Positions 25,461 through 39,190 of a stretch of DNA of 64,000 bases are shown here, in pieces (position 1 is the first letter of the stretch; each line of letters starts with the position of its first letter). The notes under the pieces were generated by a model. The model did not search any database, was not told where the DNA came from, and was given only the letters and a program-made list of their open reading frames with translations. The DNA lies in NCBI GenBank assembly GCA_028534125.1, contig CM052816.1, positions 41,914,001 through 41,978,000 on the forward strand, in the 5' to 3' direction. The position numbers and the translations under genes are program-made. Source of the stretch: Lama glama. Lineage: Eukaryota.

Positions 25461-26619
25461 TCTTCTTATAGTGTCTTTACATAGTTCCTTTGGAATTATT
25501 GAAGTTATAAAAAATAGTGATAGCAATAACAATGAGGAAGAAGAGAAAGTCATGCAGGAATATATACGAGGCTATTAGTAGTTCTTCTAATGTTGCAGAA
25601 TAGTGTGTGTGAGTGAGGTTCTTTAGCCTTTGTGTTTTGACTGCCAGTGGAAATCCTCAAGGCCAGTTCATCCACAATGGGAATTCTCTCTCCTTTCTCT
25701 GTGTTAACGGTCATCTACAGAGACATGTGGAGTCCCCTGCCTTGAAATTTGATTCAGATGTTGTTCTCTGAGGAGAGCCAGACAAGCTTCTGTAAGCCCA
25801 AAATGACTTGCAAACGCAAAGAGACTGAATCTGAGCTTTACTGTGGCTCAAGGATGGGTCAACGGTGAGAGTTCCTACATACAAGCAGTGGTTTGCACTG
25901 GTTTGAATCTCCTGTCAGCAATGCAGGAGGGAACCCCGGCCTTTAAATCAGATTGCTTAGACATGAGGCACAAGGGAAAGAGGGTAGGAGTGGCTTAAAA
26001 GCTGTCAAGTAAAAACAACAACAAAAATGGAGTCAGACTCCTCATTACACTGCCACACTGACAGAGTACTTCCTGTAAATGTAGTTTACATGTGTGCTTC
26101 CATGTGGAGCACCACCTTTCCATACACAGTGTTTGCTGAGCAGGTTGTGCAGCCTTCTAGTTCACTCTACTTTTATTCTTCCAAAGGGAGCATTAGTGAT
26201 TCTGTGTCTTGCTGTATACCACTAGTCACTAAGTAAATCTGCCAGAGTATACACAGATCTGCATCAGCCGGCTTTCTCTCTCCACATCCTCCCATACTGC
26301 TTTTAATCTTCATTGTTTATCAGCCTTCCTTCTTTTAATGGTTCACTGTGGATGAACCAGCCTTGAGGATTTCAGTAGACAGTGAAAACATAAAGGCCAA
26401 ACAAGCTCACTCACACATTCTATTCTGCAATGTTAGAAAAATTACCAACAGCCTAGTATATGTCTCTGCACTAACTTCTTCTCCTCACCATTGTTGTATG
26501 TAAAATGACTTAGAGAAGTTGTATGAGTAGTACTAGAAATAGATAAAGGTGGCTTGGACTGAGGTGATAGCAATGGAGATATTGAAAAGACAATAAATAT
26601 GAGGCATTTTATTGGTTAT

Positions 26620-26800
26620 CTTTTATTTGCTAATACTGAGTGCTTTATTCCACTTAATTCATATAATTCTGTGCAGTACTTCTTACTAACCTTAATTTTC
26701 AGATGAGCAAACTGAATCACACAGAAACTAGGGAATTTTCCCAAGATCATTTAATAAAAGCTTGAGCTGAATTTTGACCTCCAACCTGTCTGAGTATAAG
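26620..26800 (-). mobile_element. MIR SINE
   Basis: ATTTTCAGATGAGCAAACTGAATCACACAGAAACTAGGGAATTTTCCCAAGATCA. Confidence 0.65.
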
Positions 26801-27025
26801 TTTTGTTCTATTTTGTGTTTTTTTTTTTAACGTTAAAAGCTCATTATTTAAAACAAAACAGAACAAAATATCTGTATCATGGACGAGGGAGATGTAAACA
26901 CAGATTATCCATACCAACCCAGTATAAATGTTGAATAATTTCAGTGTGTTTTTCTATATGTTCTCTTTTTGTTTTTGCTATTTTTCTCCTGTGTAAATAA
27001 GTATCTTTCCTCTCATATCAGTTTT

Positions 27026-27157
27026 GTTTTGTTTTGGGGGGGAAGGTAATTAAGTTTATATATTTATTTATTTATTTTTAATGGAGGTACTCAGGATTGA
27101 ACCCAGGACTTCATGGATGCTAGGGATGCACTCTACCACTGAGCTGTACCCTTCCCC
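27026..27157 (-). mobile_element. tRNA-derived SINE (camelid Vic-1-like)
   Basis: Minus strand GGGGAAGGGTACAGCTCAGTGGTAGAG (A box)...GGGTTCAATCC (B box)...A-rich tail; TSD CTCATATCAGTTTT / CTCATACAAGTTTT (12/14). Confidence 0.9.
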
Positions 27158-27229
27158 CTCATACAAGTTTTTTATAATCTCAACTTTCATGTAAAATTTT
27201 AATAACAATTTTTAACATCACTAAAAATT

Positions 27230-27800
27230 TTTGAGGAGCTCAACAAATAAAAAATATATATACATATATGTGTTCAAGGCAATAATCTGAAAAAGTCCTT
27301 GAAATGAAAAGAAAACTAAATCTATATATCAAAAAGCAAAATTAAATTCTGATAAATGTTAATTCAGGAAAAAATAAAAAATACTGATATATTCTATGAA
27401 CATTATTGTAATTCAAGTGAAAACAAAGGATTCTTCAAGCAAAATATCTAGAAAGCTGTAAAAAGGAAAAATATCCAGTTGACTTTAGATTTTTGAGTAG
27501 AAATACTCAATGGTATAAGAATTAGAATATATTTGAATGGAAATAGAATTCACAACAGACTAAAATTATTTTAAGCCAATATATCACTCAAGTTCAGAAA
27601 CAACTTATAAACATTCTCAATCATGAAAGACTCTTGTAATAATGTACTCATAACTCCCCTTTGAAGGAAACTGAGACTAGAGATAGATTTAAATAAACAA
27701 CTCAGTGATGACTTTTTAGAAAAAGGACTGTTGGTGAACACTGAATTTACTTAAGTCTAAACAACTCTGGGAAAAATGGTTACAAAATAGAATGCCAATA
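27230..27800 (+). mobile_element. Old L1/HAL1 ORF1-region fragment
   Basis: A-rich strand; ATCCAGTTGACTTTAGATTTTTGAGTAGAAATACTCAATG...TTTTAAGCCAATATATCACTCAAG. Confidence 0.45.
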
Positions 27801-28489
27801 TAATAAACATCAACAATCATGAGGCTGATAAAAAATTGAGATGAGGAAAATTTTTGGTAACAATGTGAGAATGTCAATTATTTAATAATTCATAAAAAAG
27901 TAAATATATACTTTCTGCATTTGAAATATGTAATATGAAAGCATGATTTCATTCTTAATTTTTATACTATTTCTTCTAAGTAGAGGTTTTATTTTAGATA
28001 ATAATATTCTTACAGTGTTAGCATTTCGTTCAGTTTTACTTCAAAATATTTCTTTCTGCCCAATTCAAATACAGTTATAGTATCTTAATTTTAACATAAC
28101 TTATGTAATATAATCCCATTATTTATAAAATTATTTCCATCTTTGTATCAATTTATCTATCTGTATACATATCTCTCTGAAATATTAATAATTTTGTGTG
28201 CGTGAATGATTCAGTTTGGATAATTTGAAAAATGTCTACTTTGGAATTCTCTATATAGACTGACTTTTTATAATGCGCTGTATTACTTTGCTAAATGTTA
28301 CTATTTTGTTGTAAGAGGTATTAAAAGTTAAAATTAAAAGCAGAATTTTTAGTTAATGCACAATCGTCTTCAAAAGAATGAACCATGGTTTATTTGATCA
28401 TTAGGCTATAGAAAAATTTATGTTGTTTCTGTTTTTTGTGTTCATTCATTCAAGAATTATTTCAGGATAGCTGTGAAATAGTCAATTTA

Positions 28490-28875
28490 GTAGTCGGTTC
28501 TTGTCACAAAATGTTATGTAACAATTCACTCCTAACCTGACCAATTTAAAATCAAACCATTATTTTTTTTCACTCTCAAGTCTTCAGGTTGAATTTTACT
28601 GTGTTGAACTTCACTGCAGGATGCAGATTGGAGGGTGTTTGACTCCAGGCATTTCTCATTCTCTGACTATCCAGTGCACATTATTCTCAGAAAAGGCAGA
28701 AAAGATAGCAAGATAATAGAAACCCATAACGCTTAAGATCTCAGATAAGGCAGGCACATCTTGCATTGATTAAACAATTCACATGACCAATCTCAACAAC
28801 AGAGCAGGGAAATACACTCTGCATCAAGGGAGATGGTAACAAATATTTGTTGAAAAATCATCCAGTCTGTCAAAA
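28490..28875 (-). mobile_element. Old MaLR LTR (MLT1-like)
   Basis: TGTTATGTAACAATTCACTCC...AATTCACATGACCAATCTCAACAACAGAGCAGGGAAATACACTCTGC. Confidence 0.55.
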
Positions 28876-29589
28876 TCAGTAGTCAAATATTGAAACCAAT
28901 AAATGTGTCACTATAGCCCAGGTCTAAGGTTGTATTATCTATTGTGAGGTAAAGGTAATGTGTTTTAGAGCTCACATATGGCCAACGGTAGTTAGGATTT
29001 CATTAGGCAGATAGGAAGGAGTGAAAGTGTTTAACCAAGTGGAATAATATCCAAAAAGACTTGTTTATGAAAGGAACATAATGTGTTGCAGGGCCATACG
29101 TTAGTGTGGGTAAAGCATGGTGAGAGAAAATGACAATTTGATTTTAAACAACTTTCTGGGGGAGAAAATATTCTCAAAAAGCCAGTATGCCAAATGATTG
29201 ATTTGTTGAAAGGTAATTTGCTGAAAATCAGTATTTACCCAATAATTAAGTCACAATTTTTAAAATTTCACGCAGAGCGTATAGCAGTTAATGTTATATG
29301 ATGGCTTCTATAAACTTTGAGGATATTTTGAACATTTTAATTCTACCTTTTAATTTATTACTGCTGTTTTACTGAGACTGGCTAAAGGTTAGTATATTTG
29401 TTTTATTTTCTGCATCTTGGACATTTAGAAAATGAAAATATTTTACGTGCTTCTAATTTTAGTATTTATATGCTTTGAATATTAAGGATTTTCCCCCCAA
29501 ATCACAGAGTTTCTCTCTCCTAATAATTTGCAACTCAAATTTTCTCATATATATATGTAAATATGTATATATATATATGTATAAATAAA

Positions 29590-31146
29590 ATAATGAAGTG
29601 TAGTCAGTTTACAATGTTGTATCAGTTTCTGGTGTACAGCATGATGTTTCAGTCACACATGAACATACATATATTCGTTTTCATATTCATTTTTACCATA
29701 AGTTACTACAAGATATTAAATATAGTGCCCTGTGCTATACAGTATGAAATTGTTGTTTATCTTTTTATATATATTGGTTAATATTGGCAAATCTCGAACT
29801 CCCAATTTATCCCTTCCCAGCCCCTTCCCCTCTGGTAATCATAAGTTTGTTTCCTATGTCTGTGGGTCTGTTTCTGTTTTGTGAATAAGTTTATTTGTGT
29901 TTTTTTTTTTTTTAGATTCCACATATAGGTGATATGGTATTTTTCTTTCTCTTTCTGGCTTACTGCACTTAGAATGACATTCTCCAGGTCCATCCATATT
30001 GCTGCAAATGGCATTCCTTTATTCTTTTTTATGGCTGAATAGTATTCTGTTGTATAAATATACCATATCTTCTTTATCCAGTCATCTGTCAATGGACATT
30101 TAGGTTGTTTCCATGTCTTAGGCTATTGTAAATAGTGCTGCTATGAACACTGAGGGCATGTATCTTTTTGAATTAATGTTCTCTCTGGGTATATGCCCAA
30201 AAGTGGGATTGCTGGATTATAATTTTTAGTTTTTTGAGGAATCTCATACTGTTTTCCGTAATGGCTGCACCAAACTACATTCCCACCAACAGTGTAGGAG
30301 GGTTCCCTTTTCTCTACACCCTCTCCAACATTTTTCATTTGTGGACTTTTGAATGATGGTCATTCTGACTGGTGTAAGGTGATACCTCACTGTGGTTTTG
30401 ATTTGCATTTCTCTGATGATTAGCGGTATTGAGCATTTTTTCATGTGCCTATTGGCCATTTGTATGTCTTCATTGGAGAATTGCTTGTTTAGGTCTTCTG
30501 CCCATTTTTGGATTGAGGTCTTTTGTTTGTTTGTTTTAATTAAGTTGTATGAGCTGTTTATATATTCTGGAAATTAAGCCCTTGTCAGTCTCATCTTTTG
30601 CAAATATTTTCTCCCATTTCATAAGTTGTTGTTTTGTTTTCCTTATGGTTTCCTTTGCCATGCAAAAGCTTATAAGTTTAATTAGGTCCCATTTGTTTAT
30701 TTTTGCTTTTATTTCTATTGCCTGGGTGGACTGCCCTAGGAGAATGTTGCTGAGATTTATGTCAGATAATGTTTTTCCTATGCTTTCTTCTAAAATGTTT
30801 ATAGTGCTGTGTCTTATGTTTAAGTCTTTAAGCCATCTTGAGTTTATTTTTGTGTATGGTGTAAGGGAGTATTCTAACTTCATTGATTTATATGCAGCTG
30901 TCCAGTTACCATTTGCTTAAGATACTGTCTTTACTCCATTGTATGTTCTTGCCTCCTTTGTTAAAGATTAATTGACCAAAAGTTTGTGGGTTTATTTTTT
31001 GGCTCTCTGTTCTGTTCCATTGATCCATATGCCTGTTTTTGTACCAATACCATTCTGTTTTGATTACTGTAGCTCTATAGTATTATCTGAAGCCTGAGCA
31101 GGTTATTCCTCCAGCTTCATTCTTTTTCTTCAGTATTGCTTTGGCA
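29590..31146 (-). mobile_element. Lineage-specific (camelid-type) L1, 5'-truncated
   Basis: Minus-strand ORFs 30536-30883, 30244-30459 and 29778-30092 are L1 ORF2 C-terminal peptides ([52 protein letters not shown]); (TA)n at the tail side. Confidence 0.95.
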
Positions 31147-32777
31147 CCAATCTTTTCTTAAATGTATTTTAGTTTGTATGTATCTTGACTTACTTAGTTG
31201 AATGAATATTTTACATTTATTGTGAAAATGTGTTTGAAATGTGAAATATACTCTGTGGATATGCTTTGTCTAGGTTGCACTGATAATCCACAGTGAGTCA
31301 ATGTTGCGGAAACTAAAACACAGCTAAAACAATAAAAAAAAAGTTTGAAAAGACCATTAACTTTATTCCATGAAGACAAATTCATACAATATTGCATATA
31401 ATAAATGAATGCATATTTTAAATTTGAGGATGAAGAAGTGTGTGTATGTGCAAATTAAAGTGAATCTGATAACTCTTTTTAGTTTCACTATTTAAAATAC
31501 ACATTTTCCATTTCACAGAAAATTTAAACTCACCATATTTTGTCATTATATTGTGAACTGCATGGTTGCCAGTGTGTACCAGATACTAGTTTACCTCTGC
31601 TTTACGAATGAGTCCCAAGACTAACTTTACTTTCAAAGTTGATTTAGGTTCACTGGAGCTCATGAATGATTTATTATTAAAAGATTCTTCTCCAGTGTTA
31701 GCATTCAGATATCCAGAATAACATTGATATGTCCCCCAATTATCCCTCCAAAGTGAAACCACTAATCAATGATCCAACAAACTGAAACATTAGCAGAAGA
31801 AGCAATCTCAGTTTATAAATAAATTTCATTTTGTTGCTTTCTCATCCAGTCTCTGTCATTCCTTTGGAAGTGTTGCTTGTGGTGGAGTCCACTGCTTCTA
31901 TTCTTGTTGATGACAGGAACCCTGAGAACCACTGAGAGATATGAGACTCTTCTAAACAGGAAATGACTCCCATGACCCATGAGTACTATATATATAGTCT
32001 TTAGGTTTATTTTTTGGGTCTTTCACACTATTTTCTTCTCTAAGACATTTGGTGCTTTTTTTTTTTTTTTAAATAGAAGCAATCTTTTCTCAGGACTGAT
32101 GTCTCTGTGTGGCCTCTTGCTATGTGCCAGGGACAAGTAGGCCATTCCTCTGCTCCTCAGGAGTCTTGCTTATATGGCTAGCACAGGAAGTATCCTCCCT
32201 GCTCAGCAGTTGTATCCTGCTGTCCTGTGATACCTCATGTCTGTTTTGAATAGGACTTCTCGCTGGTCTTTGATGCTCTAGCCTCTCTTTCAACGTAAGG
32301 CAAACTTCTTTAGCTACTTTTCTACACCATGACACTCCTACTCACCATACCCGCTTTTAAGAAAATAAATTCATATGCTTTAATGATTATAAGGAGGAAC
32401 ATATGGAAGAATATTGTGAATTGACATTTTATTGTGTATTCATATATTTTAACATGTATATATAAAAATACCAGGATTTTATTATTTTTAGCCTGAACTA
32501 ATAACATCTCTATTTAAACATTTAAAACAATAATAGCTATTTTGCAAATATCATTGTCTGTCCTTTTGAGTGCTCCCTGGGTACAGTAACATAATCATTT
32601 ATGGACAACCTTTCCTCAGACAGAACAACTCTTTAATTTTGAAATTATTTACCCAATCCTCCTTTCTAGTTAAGCACAGATATGTATGCATGCCTATACA
32701 TATATTACATAAATACATTTTATAGTCTTTGGTATTTATATTACATCAACGAATGTAATTGGTAAAATAACACATTT

Positions 32778-32907
32778 TTTTAAACTTTTTTTTTATTGAG
32801 TTGTAGTCATTTTACAATGTTGTGTCAAATTCCAGTGTAGAGCACAATTTTTCAGTTATACATGAACATACATATATTGTCACTTTTTTTTTCTGCTGTG
32901 AGCTACC
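32778..32907 (-). mobile_element. Very short young L1 3' end with perfect TSD
   Basis: Poly(T), then TTATTGAGTTGTAGTCATTTTACAATGTTGTGTCAAATTCC; TSD AATAACACATTT at 32766-32777 and 32908-32919. Confidence 0.9.
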
Positions 32908-34499
32908 AATAACACATTTATTAATACATTGTTGCCTCCCTTTTAAGATGCAGTTTCTTCTCTCCCTCTTGTTGTATAAATGATTTGATAAGGTAAGAGC
33001 CTCTAGTGTTTGGACTGCCATTCACTGCATTGCCAGAGTGTCTAGGAGTGAAACATCTGTTTGAAATGTGGTTTGTTTTCTTTTTGTTTATACTTGTTAA
33101 CTTTGCTACGATGTTTTCTGAGAACCATGAACAGTAACACAGTCATTTTCTCTTTTCCAATAGTTACAGTTATTGTTTCTTTAATTAAATCTTCACAAAC
33201 TATGAATTATTGAGTTACCTGCAGTTATTGGATTTGTGTTTCTTGCCTCCAAGAACTCACATTTCTGAATCACAGAGCAGGCTGTGTTTTTTTTCCTGCA
33301 TATCCCCTCCTTCACTATATTTTACCTTATAAAACCAATGTAAAAATATGAAGAGATCTATAATTCTAATATAATTACTTGCATTTCCTTTTTTATGTAG
33401 AAAAATCTGGATTTATATTTATTTTTATATTATTTTCATTTCTTTCCTGAAATAATAATTTTTCTTAAGGGATCTGCTGGTATCAAAGCCCCAAATAAAA
33501 CCTTTTTACTCACATTTCAGATTTCCTATAGATTTTTAATATCCTATAACCTATTTTGGTCTCTCCCTTTCATAAAACACTGCTCATTTCTCGCATCCCA
33601 CTCCCTGTGCTAAGTTCATGCTCCCTTTGGTCATGTGTATATATTCAGTTTTCCATTGGAATTTACAAGACAGGATAAACTGAAGAGCCAATATTTTTGT
33701 TTTGGATATAGATGCGTTTAACACAAGCTTTATGAGTTTCATTAGTCCCTTTTCAAGTTTGGTTTTATTTGATTGTTTAATTTCTATACATTAATTCTTC
33801 TTAAATTTTATTGTGCATCAAGATTATTGTAATAATCTGTTTCATCTGTATTTTAAAACTAAATTATATTTGAGTATATTTTCATATAAAATTGTATGTC
33901 TTTTAACTTTTTTAGACAATCTTGAATGTATATCTTTTTCTTAATTTTATTTAGGCTCACTAAATTGTCATTCTCTTTTATTAAGATATTTTTCTTTCCA
34001 GTTGACATCAGCCTGGCTAAATTGCAAAATTTTATTATCCCTCATTATTACAAAAGGCATATTTCAGCCATCATAAACTTCTTTTAGTATTTTGTTAGCT
34101 GTCTACAAGTTTTTGTTGGACTATTAGTTATTTATATCAGTGATATTTTAAAATGCATGTTACATGAAATTTTTTTGTCTGTTAAAATCTTGGTCAGTTT
34201 CTCTTAGATAAATACACATCGGGTTTTTTTTTTTAATATTGAGAGTTACATTTATTCAGTTTGGGAAATATTTCATTGTCTCCTGGTTTGCAATGTAGAT
34301 AATTATGAATCTGCTGTCAATCTAATTATCATTTCTTTTCTCTCTGGATAGTTGTTTAAAATCCATTCTTTAATTGTAATTTTCCACAATTTTACTTCTT
34401 GGTGTTTAGTTTTGGATTTTAAAAAATCATGTTTCAAGTTTTTCTATTACCTGAATTTTAGGATTTATATATTTACTCAATTTAAAATATATATATATA

Positions 34500-34990
34500 T
34501 ATATAAACTCCTAATTTATTCCCCCCAACCCTGCAATGCCTTTCCCCTTTGGTAATCATAGTTTGTTTTCTATATCTGAATCTGTTTCTTGTTTGTAAAT
34601 AGTTCATTTGTTTTATTTTTTTTTTGATTTCACATGTAAGTGATATCATATGATATTTGTCTTTCTCTGTCTGACTTATTTCACTTTATATGATAATCCC
34701 TAGGTCCACCCATGTTGCTGCCAGTGGCATTATTTCATTCGCTTTGTAGTTGAATAATACTCCATTGTATTTATATACCACATCTTCTTTATCCACTCAT
34801 CTGTTGATGGACATTTAGGTTACTTCCATGTTTTGGCTCTTGTAAATAGTGCTGCTATGAACGCTGAGGTGCACACATCTTTTTGAGTTATAATTTTATC
34901 TGGATATATGCCCAGAAGTGGAATTACAGGATCATATGGTAACTGTATTTTTAGTTTTTTAAGGAACTTACATACTGTTCTCCATAGCAT
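34500..34990 (-). mobile_element. L1 3' fragment
   Basis: ORF 34820-35143(-) contains LWRTVCKFLKKLKIQLPYDPVIPLLGIYP. Confidence 0.9.
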
Positions 34991-35244
34991 CTGAAAGAAC
35001 AGGGGCACATGGGTGTATTGCCAGTCTGGATCACTTAAGTTCACTTTTTGGAGTTTATTTTTTTTCCATGTGATTTTTCTGGACCACAAAGGTAATATGT
35101 ATTCAAATTTTAAACTCATGATGGAAGGCCTCTGGTTCCGCATTCTCAGAGAGTTTTTTCATCACTCAAATTTTAGTCTACAGTCTAAGATGATTAGTTT
35201 TTTTGTCTTTGTTTGATAGCAGGGTGGTTTTATCTCCCACTGGC

Positions 35245-37520
35245 ATAGGTCAGGTTCCCTAGAAGCAGGATATGAAATGGAGATCCTTGTTAAAATGATT
35301 TATTGGGGAAAGTTCTCTCAGGAAAAGAAGAGTGAAGGGAGCAAGATCGGGCAGGTGAACTCATCTTGCAGTTTGCATGTTTAGTGACTCTTTTCCATGG
35401 GATAGTCTCTCATGGAAAATGCTCATGCTTTGTACCCATTCTCAGTTCCATCCGCATGCCTCTTCCACAGTCTTTCAAAAGTGTTCTTTTCAGGTTCCTG
35501 ATCAATTAGGCATTTGCCACTGTTCAAGGATCTGAGTGTACCTTTGGCCACTTCTTTTTCTGGACATAATGGATAACTGCATTCACTGTCTAAAACGTAG
35601 CCCTTCAGTAGGGTGTTCTCTCACTGTGGTTCTTTAGGTCACTCCTGATGGGGTAGTCCAATAGTAGTTCATTTCTGGTTTGCATCCACATACCAAGTGG
35701 TCCATCTTTGGACTAAGTTTGATCCCTTTCCTCCTCTGTCAATTTGTCATAGAGAACCCCGCTTAGGTCCATTCTTGTGAGCAGAGGGAAGGGCATCAGT
35801 GAAAGAGTGATAAGGGATAAGGAAGGTCCTAGTCTTCTAGTTTTGAAACTTACTTGTAGTCCCTGGACCTGCTTAATCACAATTCCAGATATGCTTCCCT
35901 AACATGACAAATTGTTGCACAGCTTCTTGCCTTCCCTCATCTTGTAACTTGGTGGGTATCTTAGTCCATTCAGGCTGCTATAACAGAATATTCTAGTATG
36001 TTATAAACAACAGAAATTTACTTCTCACAGTTCTAGAGGCTAGAAGTCCAAGATCAAGGTGCTAGCAGATTTGGTGTCAGGGACCATGTCCTTTTTCACA
36101 TTCATCGTCTCACTGTGTCCTCACATGATGTAAGGGGCAAGAGAATTCTCTGGGGTCATTTTAATAATGGTACTACTCCTATTCATGAGGGCTCTACCCT
36201 CATAACCAGATCATCTCCCAAAGACCTGCCTCAGAGTACTGTCACATTGTGAATTAGGCTTCTAACATATGAAATTTAAGGGGACACACACATTCAGTCT
36301 ATAGCAATGAGTTCGATAACACCTATCCATAATGAGCACTTCTGGCTACTTGGTCACTTGATGTCCTGTGGTCAGTCACTCAGCTTCTGTCAGAGCTCAT
36401 TCACATGAAAGTGATATTTATCAATTGGTATATAGTTCTTTCCTATGGATGGCATGGTTTTGCTTGAGGATCCAAGTGGTTGCATGGCATATATCCTATT
36501 AGGATTTGCCGGAGCCTCCGCATGATACTTCCTCTGCTGCAGGTGCTCACACTACCATGGAATATTTTTATTCATATGTCCTAAGTTACAGGGCCCCCTT
36601 TGAAGCCCAATCAGAGCAAGGCCCTCCTGTCTCATCTGAAAAATGGGCCAGGGCAATATTGCTAAGTGTGATATGTGCTGCCTCCAAATCTCCGAGTACT
36701 ACTAACACTAAATATTCTGCTTCTTTCTTAGTGCGATAAGGTGCAAGATGCAGAACTTGTCCTTTGACTTCACTGTTGTACCAGGTCTGTGAATCATTTT
36801 AGGGCTTACTTCTCAATGTTTAGAGTGCATGTTTCTTATTAAGGTGGTCAGAAACCCTGCCATTTCTTATTCATCAGGATTAATTACATAATATATCAGT
36901 ATAATGGGTTAATATATTATCCACTGAATGGATAATTAATTCATATGCCCAGGTAGTTCTTGTTCCTTTACACAATATTGTGATAGAGAGTAAGATAATT
37001 AATAGCCTTCAAGTAAAACCAGGAGCATATATTGTTATCTGTCTTAGCTGAACACAAACCAGCTTTGATTTTTCCTCTTAATGATTATCAAAAAGAAAAT
37101 TCTCACCAGCTCAATATTCACATACCATGCAAACAGAATTGTATTAATTTGCTCTAGAAGAGACACTACATCTAACATGTAACAGCAGTTACAGTTGGGG
37201 CTATCATTTGATTAAATTTGCAGTAGGCTATTGTTACCCCCCATGATATATCCAATTTTTGCACTGACCAGGCTGGTGAATTAAATGGGGCTACCATGGC
37301 TGTATCATTTAAGTCTGAGAGTAGCATTAATCCCTGCTGTTTCCCTAGGATACGTTATTGACTTACTATCTTAGCAGAGGGAAGATGTTTCAAGGGCTTT
37401 TACTTGGCTCTTAATTTGCAAGTAAAGGTTTTGCCTTGAGAGAAATTTGCCTACCTCTATGTACGACCATTCCAAGTATACATTTGGGAATTCGGGAAAT
37501 GATCAATGGATTATGTCCAT
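35245..37520 (-). mobile_element. Second ERV-L relic (RT, RNase H and partial LTR16-like 3' LTR)
   Basis: The minus strand reads CCATTTAATTCACCAGCCTGGTCAGTGCAAAAA (PFNSPAWSVQK, RT) near 37260-37290 and an RNase H-like segment near 35600-35720; LTR 3' end at 35245-35360. Confidence 0.8.
35957..36306 (-). mobile_element. MLT1A-like solo LTR nested in the ERV-L
   Basis: TATCTTAGTCCATTCAGGCTGCTATAACAGAA...GGGGACACACACATTCAGTCTATAGCA. Confidence 0.9.
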
Positions 37521-37559
37521 GAACCCAGTGAGCTCACGGAGAACAAGGCACATGAGGAA

Positions 37560-38290
37560 ACAATCATGTTACAAAATCAAAAGCAACAAAGGAAACTGTA
37601 AAGATTCCCACAGAGGATCTAGGTGATGTAGTATCAGTTACAAACCTTAAAATCTCTAGCTTAGTATGATCAAAGGAGTAGAAAACAAACTCAGAATTTT
37701 AGTAGAGAATTAAAAATATAGTATGAAATGAGTATATACCCTAAAATTTAAAAAGTAAAATAACTAAAGGAAATAATGCATTTGATATGGTTAGTGGTAG
37801 ATTCAAAACCTACTAGAAGAAAGAACTGAAAAAAATAGCAGAATGAAGCACAGAGAGACAAAAAATGGAAAATAGAGCAGAGAAGGTGAGTAAAATTTAC
37901 AGAGGAGAGTTAGTATTTATGTAATTAGAGCTCTAGAAAGAGGAGTAAGAGAATAGGACAGAATCAATATTTAAGATAAGGGCTGAAAAATTTCCTAAAA
38001 CAAAAGATTTTAAGCTACAAATTTAAGAAGACTTATAGGATCAGAAGCAATATAAATAAAAAGAAATCCATATCTTCTCACTTCATAGTAAAACCAGGAA
38101 GTAAGAGAAAGAGTAAGTATTAAGTGAAGCCAGGGGAAAAAAGAGATTATCTTCAAAGAAATAACAGTTATCCCAATATAGCTGACTTCTCAGTGGAAAC
38201 AATGGAAGCAGAAGACAATGGAATAATATCTTTAAAGTCCTGAAAGAAAATAACCTATCCAGAGAAAAACATCCTTCTAAAAGGAAGCTG
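37560..38290 (+). mobile_element. Old L1 ORF1 fragment
   Basis: GAATGAAGCACAGAGAGACAAA...GGCTGAAAAATTTCCTAAA...GCTGACTTCTCAGTGGAAACAATGGAAGCAGAAGACAATGGAATAATATCTTTAAAG. Confidence 0.75.
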
Positions 38291-38759
38291 AGAGAGCATC
38301 ATAAAGAAGCTTGTAAATGATAACAAATTTAAAAACTTGACAAAAGATAATACCAAAAGAAAACAATTGCTGGGCTCTAAGGGACAATTAAACAGGAAGG
38401 AATTTGCAGGGCTGTGGTAAATCCTTGAAAGAATTCAAGCACTAGAGGTGAGCTTCACACTTATCATAAATTTTCCATTGAAAGCCTTTTCTGGTTTTGG
38501 GGGGGCACTAGGGAAAATGTTTAAACTTATTGCATTCTTAGTAGACTGGGGATACCAAGATTAGAGTTCGGCGACAACAGTATGACTGGAAATTGAGGGG
38601 CACAATCCAGGAAAGAAAGGAACCAAAGAAAATGCTTTTTCAAGTATAGACATTCTGATGTGCTCTTATTCCTTATCCCAATTCCTGGGCTTTATGTCAA
38701 AATATATTTTCTTGAGTATGGAGCAAAATGGGCCTTCCTTTGTTTCCTTTTCCTTTCCT

Positions 38760-39190
38760 TTCTGTAGGTCAGAATTCCTGCATGGGTCTCACTAGGCTAA
38801 AATCAAAGTGTTAGCAAGGCTGTGTTCCTTCTGGAGACTTCACTGGTCACTCTGTTTCCTTGCCTTTTCCAGCTTCTAGAGAATACCAGCATTCCTTGGC
38901 TCATGGCCCTCCCTTCTACCTTAAAGCCATGTGGTAGCATCTTCATGACTCTCAGACTTCTGCTTCTGCCCTCACATTGTCTTCTCTCGCTGACCCTCCT
39001 GCCTCCTTCTTATAAAGAACCTTGTGAACCTGAGGCCCACTGGGATAATATAGAAAAATCTCTCCACCTCAAAAATTCTGAACTTAATCACACCTACAGA
39101 TTCCTTTTCTCCACCCAAGGTAATATATTCACAGGTTCTGGGGATTAAGATGTAGGTATCTTTGAGGAGCCATTATTCAGAATACCATAT
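38760..39190 (-). mobile_element. MLT1D-like LTR
   Basis: GGGTCTCACTAGGCTAAAATCAAAGTGTTAGCAAGGCTG...ATATTCACAGGTTCTGGGGATTAAGATG. Confidence 0.85.

Noticed and set aside
25111..25578. 155-aa hydrophobic ORF resembling a membrane protein
   Set aside because: Arises from the T-rich antisense strand of an old L1/HAL1 fragment; non-ATG start and low-complexity Phe/Leu/Ser composition
27085..27157. tRNA gene
   Set aside because: The tRNA-like head is followed by a SINE body and A-rich tail and flanked by a TSD
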